32,000 nt of DNA from Buchnera aphidicola (Therioaphis trifolii) (GTDB lineage: Bacteria > Pseudomonadota > Gammaproteobacteria > Enterobacterales > Enterobacteriaceae): contig NZ_CP032996.1 in NCBI RefSeq assembly GCF_005080705.1, positions 120,001 through 152,000 of the forward strand, written 5' to 3'. Numbering within the stretch: position 1 is the first letter of the stretch; the number at the start of each line of letters is the position of its first letter. This document shows, piece after piece, positions 1 to 10,367 of this stretch. Both the position numbers and the translations under genes were made by a program. The notes below the pieces were generated by a model. That model worked only from the letters and a program-made list of their open reading frames with translations, had not been told where the DNA came from and did not search any database.

Positions 1-446
1 AATTAAAAAAAATTGAAGAAGAAAAAAAAAATTATGAAGATAATAAATCTATATCTATTGAAGCATTAAAAATTGTACAAAGTTCAAGAGGTTGGGTTTC
101 TGATGAATTAATAACAGAAATTTCTAAAATATTAAATATTTCAGAAAGTCAACTTGAAGAAATAGCAACATTTTATAGTCAAATATATCGTAAACCTGTT
201 GGTTATAATATTATAAAATATTGTGATAGTGTTGTTTGTTATATGATGGGATCTGATAATATAAAATGTAAATTAGAAAATATATTAAAGATTAAAATTG
301 GACAAACTACTAATGATAATAAATTTACTTTATTACCGATTTCATGTTTAGGAAATTGTGATAAAGCTCCTGTTATAATGATTAATAATAAAACTTATTC
401 AAATATTAAAATTTCTTATATACCTATTTTATTAGAGAAATATTAA
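1..446 (+). CDS. nuoE: NADH-quinone oxidoreductase subunit E, 3' part (5' end lies upstream of the window)
   Basis: The frame starting at nt 3 is open to the TAA at 444-446. The translation ...[20 protein letters not shown]...[28 protein letters not shown]...[16 protein letters not shown] is collinear with E. coli NuoE, including the 2Fe-2S Cys ligands. The 243..446 track ORF is only its Met-to-stop tail. nuoF follows directly. Confidence 0.93.
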   Translation, partial: LKKIEEEKKNYEDNKSISIEALKIVQSSRGWVSDELITEISKILNISESQLEEIATFYSQIYRKPVGYNIIKYCDSVVCYMMGSDNIKCKLENILKIKIGQTTNDNKFTLLPISCLGNCDKAPVIMINNKTYSNIKISYIPILLEKY

Positions 447-1780
447 TGAATCATATTATTAAGTATCCTGAAACTCATCCATTAACATGGCGTTTAGATA
501 CAATTAATAAAAATCCAATTTGGATAAATGAATATCATAAAAAAAATGGATATTCTGCATTAAAATTTATGTTAAATAATATGACGCCTAAAGATGTTAT
601 TAATTTAGTAAAAGATTCTGAATTAAGAGGAAGAGGAGGTGCTGGTTTTTATACTGGTATAAAGTGGAGTTTAATGCCTAAAAAAAATAATATACCAAGA
701 TATCTTTTATGTAATGCTGATGAAATGGAACCTGGAACTTATAAAGATAGGTTATTATTAGAACAACTTCCACATCAATTACTTGAAGGTATGATTATTT
801 CTGGTTTTGCTATAGAAGCTACTATGGCATATATTTTTTTAAGAGGAGAATATATAAGTGCTGAAAATAATTTAAAAAAAGCAATTATAGAAGCTGAAAA
901 TTGTGGATATTTAGGGAGAAATATTTTAGGTAGTGATTTTACTTTTAAAATTGTATTACATACAGGAGCTGGAAGATATATTTGTGGAGAAGAAACAGCA
1001 TTAATTAATTCTTTAGAAGGAAAACGTGCAAATCCAAGAATTAAGCCACCTTTTCCAGCTATTGTTGGATTATGGGGTAAACCAACATGTGTTAATAATG
1101 TTGAAACTTTATCAAATATTCCAGCAATTGTTTTAAATGGATCTAATTGGTATAAAAAAATATCTTTAAGTAAAGATCGAGGAACAAAATTAATGGGATT
1201 TTCTGGACGAGTAAATAATCCTGGTGTTTGGGAAGTTCCTTTTGGAATATCTGCACGAGAATTACTAGAAGATTATGCTAAAGGTATGAAAAAAGGATTT
1301 CGTTTAAAAGCATGGCAACCTGGAGGAGCAGGAACGGATTTTTTAACTGAAAAAAATCTTGATGTAAAAATGGATTTTGATAGTATTTCAAAGGTTGGTA
1401 GTAGATTTGGAACTGGTATTGCAATGGCAGTGGATCATACTGTGAATATAGTATCATTAGTATTAAATCTAGAAAAATTTTTTTCTCGTGAATCTTGTGG
1501 TTTATGTACACCATGTCGTGAAGGATTACCCTGGATTGTTAAAATTTTACAATCTTTTGAAGATGGTTTTGCACAAAATGAAGATATTAATATTTTAGAA
1601 GATTTATGTGTGCAATTAGGTCCAGGAAAAACTGTTTGTGCTCATGCTCCTGGAGCAATGGAACCATTACAAAGTGCAATTAAATTATTTAGATCAGAAT
1701 TTGAACAATGTATTAGAAAAAATTCTTTTAGTAATATTGAAATGATAAATAAAAAAAATATGTTTAAGTTAAATTTATAA
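446..1780 (+). CDS. nuoF: NADH-quinone oxidoreductase subunit F
   Basis: 444-aa ORF. Its ATG overlaps the nuoE stop (TAATG at 444-448). Motifs present are GRGGAGF (FMN/NADH site), [19 protein letters not shown] and [12 protein letters not shown] (4Fe-4S N3). It is collinear with E. coli NuoF. Confidence 0.96.
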   Translation: MNHIIKYPETHPLTWRLDTINKNPIWINEYHKKNGYSALKFMLNNMTPKDVINLVKDSELRGRGGAGFYTGIKWSLMPKKNNIPRYLLCNADEMEPGTYKDRLLLEQLPHQLLEGMIISGFAIEATMAYIFLRGEYISAENNLKKAIIEAENCGYLGRNILGSDFTFKIVLHTGAGRYICGEETALINSLEGKRANPRIKPPFPAIVGLWGKPTCVNNVETLSNIPAIVLNGSNWYKKISLSKDRGTKLMGFSGRVNNPGVWEVPFGISARELLEDYAKGMKKGFRLKAWQPGGAGTDFLTEKNLDVKMDFDSISKVGSRFGTGIAMAVDHTVNIVSLVLNLEKFFSRESCGLCTPCREGLPWIVKILQSFEDGFAQNEDINILEDLCVQLGPGKTVCAHAPGAMEPLQSAIKLFRSEFEQCIRKNSFSNIEMINKKNMFKLNL

Positions 1781-1849
1781 TCTTAATTTTAATAAATTAA
1801 TTTATATAATTTATTAATATAAATTATATATTATTTTGGAATAAATTAT

Positions 1850-4552
1850 ATGGTGAATATTTATATTAATAAAAAAAAATATAATGTATGTAAATCAGAA
1901 AATTTATTAAAAATATGTTTATCATTAAATATGAATATACCATATTTTTGTTGGCATTCTGATTTAGGAAGTGCTGGAATTTGTAGATTATGTGCTGTTA
2001 AGCAACATAATAATCTTAATGAATCTTCAGGAAGAATTATTATGTCGTGTATAACACCTATTGTAAAAAATATGATTATTTCAACAGATGATTCAGAAAT
2101 TAAAAAATTTCGTAAAGGAATTATAGAATTATTAATGACTAATCATCCACATGATTGTCCAGTATGTGAAGAAGGTGGAAATTGTCATTTACAAGATATG
2201 ACAGTATTAACTGGTCATAATTTACGTCGTTATAAATATTCTAAACGAGTACATTATAATCAATATTTAGGAGATTTTATATCGCATCAAATGAATAGAT
2301 GTATTGGTTGTTATCGATGTGTTCGATATTATCAGGAGTATGCGGGTGGTACTGATTTTGGAGTATATGGAATAAGTAATAATATTTATTTTGGTCGATT
2401 TGAAGATGGTGATTTAGAAAGTGAACATTCAGGTAATTTAATTGAAATATGTCCTACTGGTGTTTTTACAGATAAACTATCTTCTGAAAATTATAACAGA
2501 AAATGGGATTTACAATATGCTCCTAGTATTTGTCAACATTGTAATATAGGATGTAATATTATTGTTGGAGAAAAGTATGGATTAATTAGTAAAATAGAAA
2601 ATAGATATCATAAAAATATTAATCGTTATTTTTTATGTGATTTAGGTCGTTTTGGATATACTTATTTAAATAATAATCGTTTAAAACAACCAATTCAATT
2701 TGATAAAAAAAAAAAAATATTTTTAAATAAAAATAATGCTATTAAATTATTATCAAAAATATTAAAAAAAAATCGTACTATTGGAATAGGATCAATTCGA
2801 TCTAGTTTAGAAAATAATTTTTCGTTAAGAAAATTAGTAGGAGAAAAAAATTTTTCTAGTGGTATGTTAGAAAATGATCATAATTGTATAAAATTAATTA
2901 TTAATATTTTAGAAAATAGCGGTATTTATATACCAACATTATTTGAAGTAGAAAATTATGATGTTGTTTTAATTATAGGTGAAGATGTTACTCAAACATC
3001 TCCAAGATTAGATTTAGCTATTAGACAATTAAATAAAAAACAACGAAGAGATATTAATCAAGTACATAATATTCCAGAATGGAATAGTTCAGCAATGTTA
3101 AGCATATCTAATAATAAAAATTTTGTTTATATTATACATACTCATGAAACTAAATTAGATGATATTTCGTCTTTAAATTATTATGCTTCAATTAAAGATC
3201 AAGAAATATTTTCTTCTATTCTTTCTGATAAAATTAATAATGTATCAAATACAATAAAAAATATAAAACCTGATATTTTAAAAAAAATATCTATTATTTA
3301 TAATGTGTTATTATCTTGTAAAAGACCCTTAATTATTTCTGGTGTACATTCTGGAAGTATGAATTTAATTAAATCTACTACTAATATTGCTATGGGTTTA
3401 AAATTTTTAAAAAAAGATGTAGGTTTAATGTTATTAACTTCATCTGTAAATAGTATTGGTGTTGGAATATTATCTAATTTATCTTTAACAAAAGTATTTA
3501 ATAAAATTAATGATAATCAAGTTGATACATTAATTATTTTAGAAAATGATTTATATCGTCATGATATTAAAAATAAAATTGATTTCATAATAAATAAATT
3601 AAAAAATATTATTGTTTTTGATCATCAATATACATTAACTACTAATAAAGCAAATATTTTATTTCCAATTGCAAATTTTTCTGAAAGTTCAGGAACAGTT
3701 ATTAATTACGAAAGTAGAGCACAAAGATTTTTTTCTGTTTTTAATACTAGTATTTATGATTCTAATTCTTGTATTTTGGAAGGTTGGAAATGGATGTATA
3801 AAGTTTATAATAAATTACATAAAATTAATCATAATATTACATTAGATAATGTAATTCAAGATTATATAAAAATTTTTCCAATATTTAATGTTATAAACAA
3901 TGTTGCTCCAAATTCAAAATATAGAATTATGGGTAAAAAAATTGCTAGATCGCCTCATCGATTAAGTAGTAGAACTGCAATATTTTCTGAATTAAATATT
4001 CATGAACCAAAGCAAAAATATGATAATAATACAATGTTTACTTTTTCTATGGAAGGTATTCAGCAACCTAATCAAGATATTGAATATTTACCATTTACCT
4101 GGTTTCCTGGTTGGAATTCTATACAGTCTTGGAATAAATATATAATGAATAATGATCATTATGATTCTGGGGTTCGTATTTTTAATTCATATCATTTAAA
4201 AACAAAATATTTTTTTAAAAATGATATAAATTATTCTAATAAATTATCTAATTATTGGAAAATTATTCCGTATTATTGTTTATTTGGAAGTGAAGAATTA
4301 AGTCAAAAATCTGAAATTATAAAAAAAAAATGTTTTATTACTTATGCTTTAATTAATATTAAATATAAAAAAATTTTAGGTTTAAAAAATAATTCTACAA
4401 TTGAATTTAAATGTTTAGGTGAATTTTTTAAATTATCTGTAAAGTTTTCTGTTAAAATTCCTTTAAAACAATTAGGATTACCTATAGGATTTCCTAATGT
4501 TCCTCGTATTTTATTAGGTTGTACAGTAAAAAATATTAGAGGTGTAATATAA
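1850..4552 (+). CDS. nuoG: NADH-quinone oxidoreductase subunit G
   Basis: 900 aa. N-terminal Fe-S motifs are CRLCAV, HPHDCPVCEEGGNCHLQD, NRCIGCYRCVRYY, EICPTGVFTDK and CQHCNIGCN. It matches E. coli NuoG (about 908 aa) in order and length. Confidence 0.95.
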   Translation: MVNIYINKKKYNVCKSENLLKICLSLNMNIPYFCWHSDLGSAGICRLCAVKQHNNLNESSGRIIMSCITPIVKNMIISTDDSEIKKFRKGIIELLMTNHPHDCPVCEEGGNCHLQDMTVLTGHNLRRYKYSKRVHYNQYLGDFISHQMNRCIGCYRCVRYYQEYAGGTDFGVYGISNNIYFGRFEDGDLESEHSGNLIEICPTGVFTDKLSSENYNRKWDLQYAPSICQHCNIGCNIIVGEKYGLISKIENRYHKNINRYFLCDLGRFGYTYLNNNRLKQPIQFDKKKKIFLNKNNAIKLLSKILKKNRTIGIGSIRSSLENNFSLRKLVGEKNFSSGMLENDHNCIKLIINILENSGIYIPTLFEVENYDVVLIIGEDVTQTSPRLDLAIRQLNKKQRRDINQVHNIPEWNSSAMLSISNNKNFVYIIHTHETKLDDISSLNYYASIKDQEIFSSILSDKINNVSNTIKNIKPDILKKISIIYNVLLSCKRPLIISGVHSGSMNLIKSTTNIAMGLKFLKKDVGLMLLTSSVNSIGVGILSNLSLTKVFNKINDNQVDTLIILENDLYRHDIKNKIDFIINKLKNIIVFDHQYTLTTNKANILFPIANFSESSGTVINYESRAQRFFSVFNTSIYDSNSCILEGWKWMYKVYNKLHKINHNITLDNVIQDYIKIFPIFNVINNVAPNSKYRIMGKKIARSPHRLSSRTAIFSELNIHEPKQKYDNNTMFTFSMEGIQQPNQDIEYLPFTWFPGWNSIQSWNKYIMNNDHYDSGVRIFNSYHLKTKYFFKNDINYSNKLSNYWKIIPYYCLFGSEELSQKSEIIKKKCFITYALINIKYKKILGLKNNSTIEFKCLGEFFKLSVKFSVKIPLKQLGLPIGFPNVPRILLGCTVKNIRGVI

Positions 4553-4561
4553 AAAAATATT

Positions 4562-5533
4562 ATGACAAGTATAAATTATAATTTTATTAATATTATTTTT
4601 TGTTTTTTTAAAACTTTATTTATTGTTTTTATTATAGTTTTTTGTGGAGCAATGTTAAGTTTTATTGAACGTAGAGTTTTAGCTTTATTTCAAAATAGGT
4701 ATGGACCAAATCGAGTTGGTTGGTTTGGTTTATTACAAATAGTTGCTGATATGATTAAAATGTTATTTAAAGAAGATTGGGTTCCCAGTTTTAGTAAATC
4801 TTTTCTTTTTATATTAGCTCCAATTATTTCATTTATTTCTTTATTATTAGTAATGTCTATTATTCCATTTACTGATCAAAAATTTATTATTAATTTAAAT
4901 ATTGGAGTTTTATTTTTTTTAATTATGTCTGCTTTATCAGTATATTCAATATTATTTGCTGGATGGTCTAGTAATAATAAATATGCCTTATTAGGATCAA
5001 TACGTGCTATAGCACAAACTTTAAGTTATGAAGTTTTTTTAGGTTTATCTTTAATGGGGGTAGTAGCGCAATCTCATTCATTTAATTTATTTGATATTGT
5101 ATATTCTCAAAAAAAAATATGGAATATTTTTCCACAATTTTTTGGTTTTATTACATTTTTTATTGCTGGATTAGCATTATGTCATCGTCATCCTTTTGAT
5201 CAACCTGAATCAGAACAAGAATTAGCTGATGGATATCATATTGAGTATTCTGGAATGAAATTTGGTATGTTTTTTATTGGACAGTACATATCTATGATTG
5301 TTATTGCTTCTATGATAACAGTATTATTCTTAGGTGGGTGGTATGGTCCATATTTACCTAAATTTTTATGGTTTTTTTTCAAGACATTTATTTTAATATT
5401 ATTTTTTATTTTATTAAGGGCATCTTTACCTAGACCTCGTTATGATCAAATATTATATTTTGGATGGATTATATGTCTTCCAATTACTTTATTAAATTTA
5501 ATATTTACTGCTTTTTTAATACTATTATATTAA
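4562..5533 (+). CDS. nuoH: NADH-quinone oxidoreductase subunit H
   Basis: 323 aa. [54 protein letters not shown] and [11 protein letters not shown] are near-identical to E. coli NuoH. Confidence 0.96.
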   Translation: MTSINYNFINIIFCFFKTLFIVFIIVFCGAMLSFIERRVLALFQNRYGPNRVGWFGLLQIVADMIKMLFKEDWVPSFSKSFLFILAPIISFISLLLVMSIIPFTDQKFIINLNIGVLFFLIMSALSVYSILFAGWSSNNKYALLGSIRAIAQTLSYEVFLGLSLMGVVAQSHSFNLFDIVYSQKKIWNIFPQFFGFITFFIAGLALCHRHPFDQPESEQELADGYHIEYSGMKFGMFFIGQYISMIVIASMITVLFLGGWYGPYLPKFLWFFFKTFILILFFILLRASLPRPRYDQILYFGWIICLPITLLNLIFTAFLILLY

Positions 5534-5546
5534 TTTTAGGAAATTT

Positions 5547-6074
5547 ATGAATATTAAAAGTATTATTTTTGATTTTTTTACTCAAATTAGAAGTATTTTT
5601 ATTACTTTTAAACATATGTTTGATATGAGAGAAACTAGATTATATCCAGAAAATCCAATATATTTATCTCCAAGATATCGAGGTCGAGTAGTATTAACAA
5701 AAGATCCAAATGGAAAAGATCGTTGTGTAGCATGTAATTTATGCTCAGTTGTATGTCCAGTAAGTTGTATTTCTTTACAAAAATCACAAGATAAATATGG
5801 TCGTTGGTTTTCTAAATTTTTTAAAATTAATTTTTCGCGTTGTATATTTTGTGGTTTATGTGAAGAAGCTTGTCCAACTTCTGCAATACAATTAATACCA
5901 GATTTTGAATTAAGCGATTTTGATAGAAAAAATTTATTATATAAAAAAAAATATTTAACTATATCTGGAACTGGAAAAGATCATAAATATAATTTTTATG
6001 ATCATTGTGGTGTATCAATAAAAAAAAAATATATGTATAATATACCAATTAACGTAAAAGATTTATTACCTTAG
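5547..6074 (+). CDS. nuoI: NADH-quinone oxidoreductase subunit I (2x 4Fe-4S ferredoxin)
   Basis: 175 aa with two CxxCxxCxxxCP motifs ([12 protein letters not shown] and [12 protein letters not shown]). AGGA lies about 7 nt upstream of the ATG. Confidence 0.95.
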   Translation: MNIKSIIFDFFTQIRSIFITFKHMFDMRETRLYPENPIYLSPRYRGRVVLTKDPNGKDRCVACNLCSVVCPVSCISLQKSQDKYGRWFSKFFKINFSRCIFCGLCEEACPTSAIQLIPDFELSDFDRKNLLYKKKYLTISGTGKDHKYNFYDHCGVSIKKKYMYNIPINVKDLLP

Positions 6075-6084
6075 GATTAATATA

Positions 6085-6567
6085 ATGTATTTAATTTTTT
6101 ATTTTTTTTCTTTTTTAACAATACTTTTTACATTTTTAACTATTATACAAAGTAATTTAATGTATTCATTATTTTATTTTTCTATGTCAGTATTAACTAC
6201 TTCTTTTATATTTTTTTTATTAGGTAATTATTTTATAGGTTCATTACAAATTATTATTTATTCTGGAGCTATTTTAGTATTATTTATTTTTGTTATTATG
6301 TTATTAAATTATGATGTAGTAAAAAATGGAATTCATAATATGAAATTTAATTATTTATATTTATCATTTTTAATTTCTTTATTTTTTTGTGTATTATATA
6401 AAATATTTTTTATTTTAAAAATAAAATATATTGTTCATATTACAGATACATTACATATTTTAGGAATAAATTTATTTAAACCTTATCTTTTTATTATTGA
6501 ATTAATTTCAATTTTATTATTATCTATTGTTTTAATAGTATTTTTAATTACAAAAAATAAAAAATAA
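6085..6567 (+). CDS. nuoJ: NADH-quinone oxidoreductase subunit J
   Basis: 160-aa polytopic hydrophobic ORF in the nuoI-nuoK slot, with AGGA upstream. The call rests mainly on operon position and membrane character. The sequence is strongly diverged and shorter than E. coli NuoJ (184 aa). Confidence 0.82.
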   Translation: MYLIFYFFSFLTILFTFLTIIQSNLMYSLFYFSMSVLTTSFIFFLLGNYFIGSLQIIIYSGAILVLFIFVIMLLNYDVVKNGIHNMKFNYLYLSFLISLFFCVLYKIFFILKIKYIVHITDTLHILGINLFKPYLFIIELISILLLSIVLIVFLITKNKK

Positions 6568-6598
6568 TTTTTTAATTTATTATTTAGGTACATAATAT

Positions 6599-6901
6599 AT
6601 GATTTCTTTATTAAATTGTTTTTTTTTATCTATATTATTATTTTTATTAGGTTTAAGCGCTATTCTTTTTAATAAAAATTTATTATTTATTCTTATTGGT
6701 TTAGAAATTATGATAAATTCTATTTCTTTATTATTTGTTTTTATTAGTGATTATTGGAATCATATAGATGGACAAATAATGTATATTTTTATAATAACTT
6801 TATCAGCAATAGAAGCTAGTATTAGCTTAGCATTATTAATACAACATTTTAAAAAAGTATATACCTTAAATATTAATAAATTAAGTGAGATTGTTGAATG
6901 A
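6599..6901 (+). CDS. nuoK: NADH-quinone oxidoreductase subunit K
   Basis: 100 aa. [15 protein letters not shown] and [24 protein letters not shown] align with E. coli NuoK ([40 protein letters not shown]). Its stop overlaps the nuoL start (ATGA at 6898-6901). Confidence 0.94.
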   Translation: [100 protein letters not shown]

Positions 6902-8742
6902 ACATGATTTATTTGATAGTATTATTTCCAATAATTAGTTTTATTTTTTTATTTTTTTTTAAAAATATTTTATCATATAAATTAACTATTTTATTTGGTA
7001 TTAGTTCAATATTTTTGTCTACTATAGTAGTTATTTTATTAAGAATACTTTTTTTATATCATCATAATGATATTATAGAAATAATATTATGGAATTGGTG
7101 GAATTTCCAGGATTTTAATATTAATATTTGTTTTTTATTAGATAATTTAACGTTTTTATTTTTAAATATGATTACAATTATTTCATGTTTAGTTTGTTTA
7201 TTTTCTATTTGGTATATGAAAAATAAATTCGATAATGCAAGTTTTTTTGCATTAATTAATTTATTTGTAGGAAGTATGATAATTTTAGTATTATCTAATA
7301 ATTTTGTTTTAATGTATTTAGGATGGGAAGGAATTAGTATTTGTTCATATTTATTAATTAATTTTTATTTTTCAAAATCTGATGTTAATATATCAGCTTT
7401 TAAAGCTTTTATTTTTACTAAAATTGGCGATTTATTTCTTATAGCAGGAATAATATTATTATATATTCATTATCATACTTTAAATTTTTATGATATTCAA
7501 TTTTTAATTAAAATTCATATTATTAAATATACATTTTTATTAAATATAATTAATATTTTATTATTATTTGGTGTTATTGGAAAATCTGCACAAATACCTT
7601 TACATATTTGGTTACCTGAAGCAATGGTTGGTCCAACTCCAGTTTCTGCATTAATTCATGCTGCTACTATGGTTACTGCAGGAGTTTATTTAATTACTCG
7701 AAATTATAACTTATTTACTTTAACGCCAAATATTTTATATATGATAGGTATTATAGGAAGTATTACTTTAATATTGTCTAGTTTTTTAGCTTTAATTAAA
7801 ACGGATATAAAACAAATTTTAGCATATTCTACAATTGGTCAAATTGGATATATATTTATAGCTTTAAGTATAGGTGCGTGGAATAGTGCGATTATTCATT
7901 TAACAATACATGCTTTTTTTAAAGCTTTATTATTTTTATCTGCTGGTATATTAATTGTTAATTGTAATAATGAAAAAAATATTTTTTATATGGGTAATCA
8001 ATTATATAAAAAATTTCCTTTTTTATATTTTTGTTTTTTAATTGGTGGTTTTTCATTATCAGGGTTTCCAATTTTAACTGCAGGATTTTATAGTAAAGAT
8101 AGTATTTTATTTTATATATATCAAAGTCATAATATATTATTTTTTATGATTGCAATATTATCAATATTATTAACAACATTATATATTTTTCGTCTTATTT
8201 TTATAGTATTTCATAGTAAATCTAATAAGAATATTTTATATTCCTCTTTAAATTTTTTACAATATATTCCATTAAGTATATTATCTTTATTGTCTACTAT
8301 TATTGGTATTTATATTATTCCTGATATATCTAATATATTTCCTAAGATTATAATTAATCAAAATTATATTAAATTATATTTAGAAATAATTTCAAGTATA
8401 TTAGTTTTTTTAGGAATATTTATATCATATTATTTAAATATTTTAAATACTGATTTATTATCAAAAATTAATTTATTAAAAATTGTATATTTTCCAATAA
8501 AAATAGTAAATGATGGTTTTGGTTTTTTTTATTTTTACAATTTAATATTTATTAATTTATATTTAAAAATAGCAGATTTTTTATCTTTAAAATTATTTAA
8601 AAAAATTAATATCTTTTTATTATTTTTAATAAAAAAAATTAATTTATTTTTTTTATATACTGAAAATAGTTTAATTAATTTACAAATTTTTATAATAATT
8701 TTTAGTGTATTTATTTTAATAATGATGATTAATTTTTATTAA
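6898..8742 (+). CDS. nuoL: NADH-quinone oxidoreductase subunit L (antiporter-like)
   Basis: 614 aa (E. coli 613). The antiporter core WEGISICSYLLINF and GKSAQIPLHIWLPEAMVGPTPVSALIHAATMVTAGVYL is conserved. The long C-terminal extension is retained. Confidence 0.94.
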   Translation: MNMIYLIVLFPIISFIFLFFFKNILSYKLTILFGISSIFLSTIVVILLRILFLYHHNDIIEIILWNWWNFQDFNINICFLLDNLTFLFLNMITIISCLVCLFSIWYMKNKFDNASFFALINLFVGSMIILVLSNNFVLMYLGWEGISICSYLLINFYFSKSDVNISAFKAFIFTKIGDLFLIAGIILLYIHYHTLNFYDIQFLIKIHIIKYTFLLNIINILLLFGVIGKSAQIPLHIWLPEAMVGPTPVSALIHAATMVTAGVYLITRNYNLFTLTPNILYMIGIIGSITLILSSFLALIKTDIKQILAYSTIGQIGYIFIALSIGAWNSAIIHLTIHAFFKALLFLSAGILIVNCNNEKNIFYMGNQLYKKFPFLYFCFLIGGFSLSGFPILTAGFYSKDSILFYIYQSHNILFFMIAILSILLTTLYIFRLIFIVFHSKSNKNILYSSLNFLQYIPLSILSLLSTIIGIYIIPDISNIFPKIIINQNYIKLYLEIISSILVFLGIFISYYLNILNTDLLSKINLLKIVYFPIKIVNDGFGFFYFYNLIFINLYLKIADFLSLKLFKKINIFLLFLIKKINLFFLYTENSLINLQIFIIIFSVFILIMMINFY

Positions 8743-8851
8743 TATAAACATTTATTAATATTCTTATGATAAATTATTATAAATTTTTATTCATTATTTT
8801 TAATATTAAATTACATATTACATTTAATAATAAATTTATGGGATTTATAAT

Positions 8852-10330
8852 ATGTTAATTTTATTTCTTATTATTCCTTTATTAGGTGCGTTTTGTTGTT
8901 TATTTTTTGAATTTAAATATTTTAAATTTTGTAAATTTATTGCATTATTTTCTATTATATCAATGATTTTTTTATCTTTATTTTTTTGGTTAAAAATTTG
9001 TTATTTTAATAATACTATATTATATCATGATCACTGGAATGAAGAATTTATATTTCCATGGATACCTCAATTAGGAATATCATTTCATATAGCTATAGAT
9101 AAATTATCATTAATGATGATAACATTATCAATTTTTTTAGGTTTTATTTCTATTTTATGTTCTTTTAATCAAAAAAAGAAAAATGAAGGTTTATTTTATT
9201 TAAATTTATTAATTATTTTATTTGGAACAATTGGTGTTTTTATATCTATTGATTTATTTTTATTTTTTTGTTTTTGGGAAATTATGTTATTTCCAATGTA
9301 TTTTTTAATAATTTTTTGGGGTAATCAAAGATATAAAAAAAAAGAAAGAATATATACTGCTAATCAATTTTTAATTTATACACAATTATCTAGTATGATA
9401 ATGTTATTTTCAATTATATTACTTTCATTTATTTATTATAATCAAACAAATGTTTGGACATTTGATTACAATAATTTACTTCATTGTTTTATTCCTATAT
9501 CATTAGAATATATTATTATGTTAGGTTTTTTTATTGCGTTTGCAGTAAAATTACCTATTGTTCCATTTCATAGTTGGTTACTTAATGCACATAATCATGC
9601 TCCAATTGATAGTTCTGTAGATTTATTAGGTATGTTAATTAAAGTTTCTGCTTATGGATTATTAAGATTTAATATAAATTTATTTAAAAATTCTTCTTAT
9701 AATTTTTCTTATATTGCGATTTTTTTAGGAATATTAACGATTTTTTATAGTTCTTGGATGGCATTTATAGAAAAAAATATAAAAAAAATTATTGCTTATA
9801 GTTCTATATCTCATATGGGTTTTATTTTAGTAGCAATATATTGTAATAATATTTTTTCATATTCAGGATCAATTATTCAAATGATTTTTGGTTCTATTAC
9901 TACATCTGCATTATTTATTTTATTTAGTCAATTATATCGTATTACTAATATTAAAAATATTACTGAGATTAGTGGTTTATATTCTTGTATTAATTGGATT
10001 CCTAGTTTTTTTTTATTTTTTTTATTTTCGAATTTAAATTTTCCAGGAACAATAAATTTTGTTGGAGAAATAATTTTATTAAATGGAATTTTTATAAATA
10101 AACCTTATATTGCATGTATATTAATTTTTAGTTTATTATTTTCAGTAATTTATTCATTACATATGATGCATAATATTTTTTATGGATCTTTAAAAAAAGA
10201 ATATATTAATAATAATAAACAAATTAATTATCTTGAATTTTCAATTATATTTATTTTATCTTTATTATTATTATTTTTTGGTTTTTTTCCTAATATCATC
10301 TTACATAATATATTATTTTTGATGTCATAA
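8852..10330 (+). CDS. nuoM: NADH-quinone oxidoreductase subunit M (antiporter-like)
   Basis: 492 aa. FWEIM, FAVKLPIVPFHSWL, APIDSSVDLLGMLIKVSAYGLLRF and IAYSSISHMGF align with E. coli NuoM. The conserved Glu and Lys positions of the proton channel are kept. Confidence 0.94.
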   Translation: MLILFLIIPLLGAFCCLFFEFKYFKFCKFIALFSIISMIFLSLFFWLKICYFNNTILYHDHWNEEFIFPWIPQLGISFHIAIDKLSLMMITLSIFLGFISILCSFNQKKKNEGLFYLNLLIILFGTIGVFISIDLFLFFCFWEIMLFPMYFLIIFWGNQRYKKKERIYTANQFLIYTQLSSMIMLFSIILLSFIYYNQTNVWTFDYNNLLHCFIPISLEYIIMLGFFIAFAVKLPIVPFHSWLLNAHNHAPIDSSVDLLGMLIKVSAYGLLRFNINLFKNSSYNFSYIAIFLGILTIFYSSWMAFIEKNIKKIIAYSSISHMGFILVAIYCNNIFSYSGSIIQMIFGSITTSALFILFSQLYRITNIKNITEISGLYSCINWIPSFFLFFLFSNLNFPGTINFVGEIILLNGIFINKPYIACILIFSLLFSVIYSLHMMHNIFYGSLKKEYINNNKQINYLEFSIIFILSLLLLFFGFFPNIILHNILFLMS

Positions 10331-10367
10331 AATAGATTATTTTACAATTTTTATAAGGTTATTAAAT

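Noticed and set aside
243-446. A 67-aa stand-alone ORF at the left edge.
   Set aside because: It is the C-terminal tail of nuoE. The same frame is open from nt 3 with NuoE homology throughout.
1278-1514. A 78-aa minus-strand ORF inside nuoF.
   Set aside because: It is antisense to a strongly conserved gene. It has low-complexity A+T-driven composition, no homology I recognise and no SD, so I consider it spurious.
1792-1805. A perfect 14-nt palindrome ATAAATTAATTTAT in the nuoF-nuoG spacer, considered as a possible operator or terminator. Similar A/T-only palindromes occur in other spacers.
   Set aside because: A/T-only palindromes of this size are expected by chance at this base composition. 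They form no stable stem and are not repeated elsewhere in a way I could see.
8743-8851. The 109-bp nuoL-nuoM gap as a possible internal promoter, small ORF or RNA.
   Set aside because: E. coli also has a sizeable nuoL-nuoM gap. The sequence is plain A+T with no structure or ORF.
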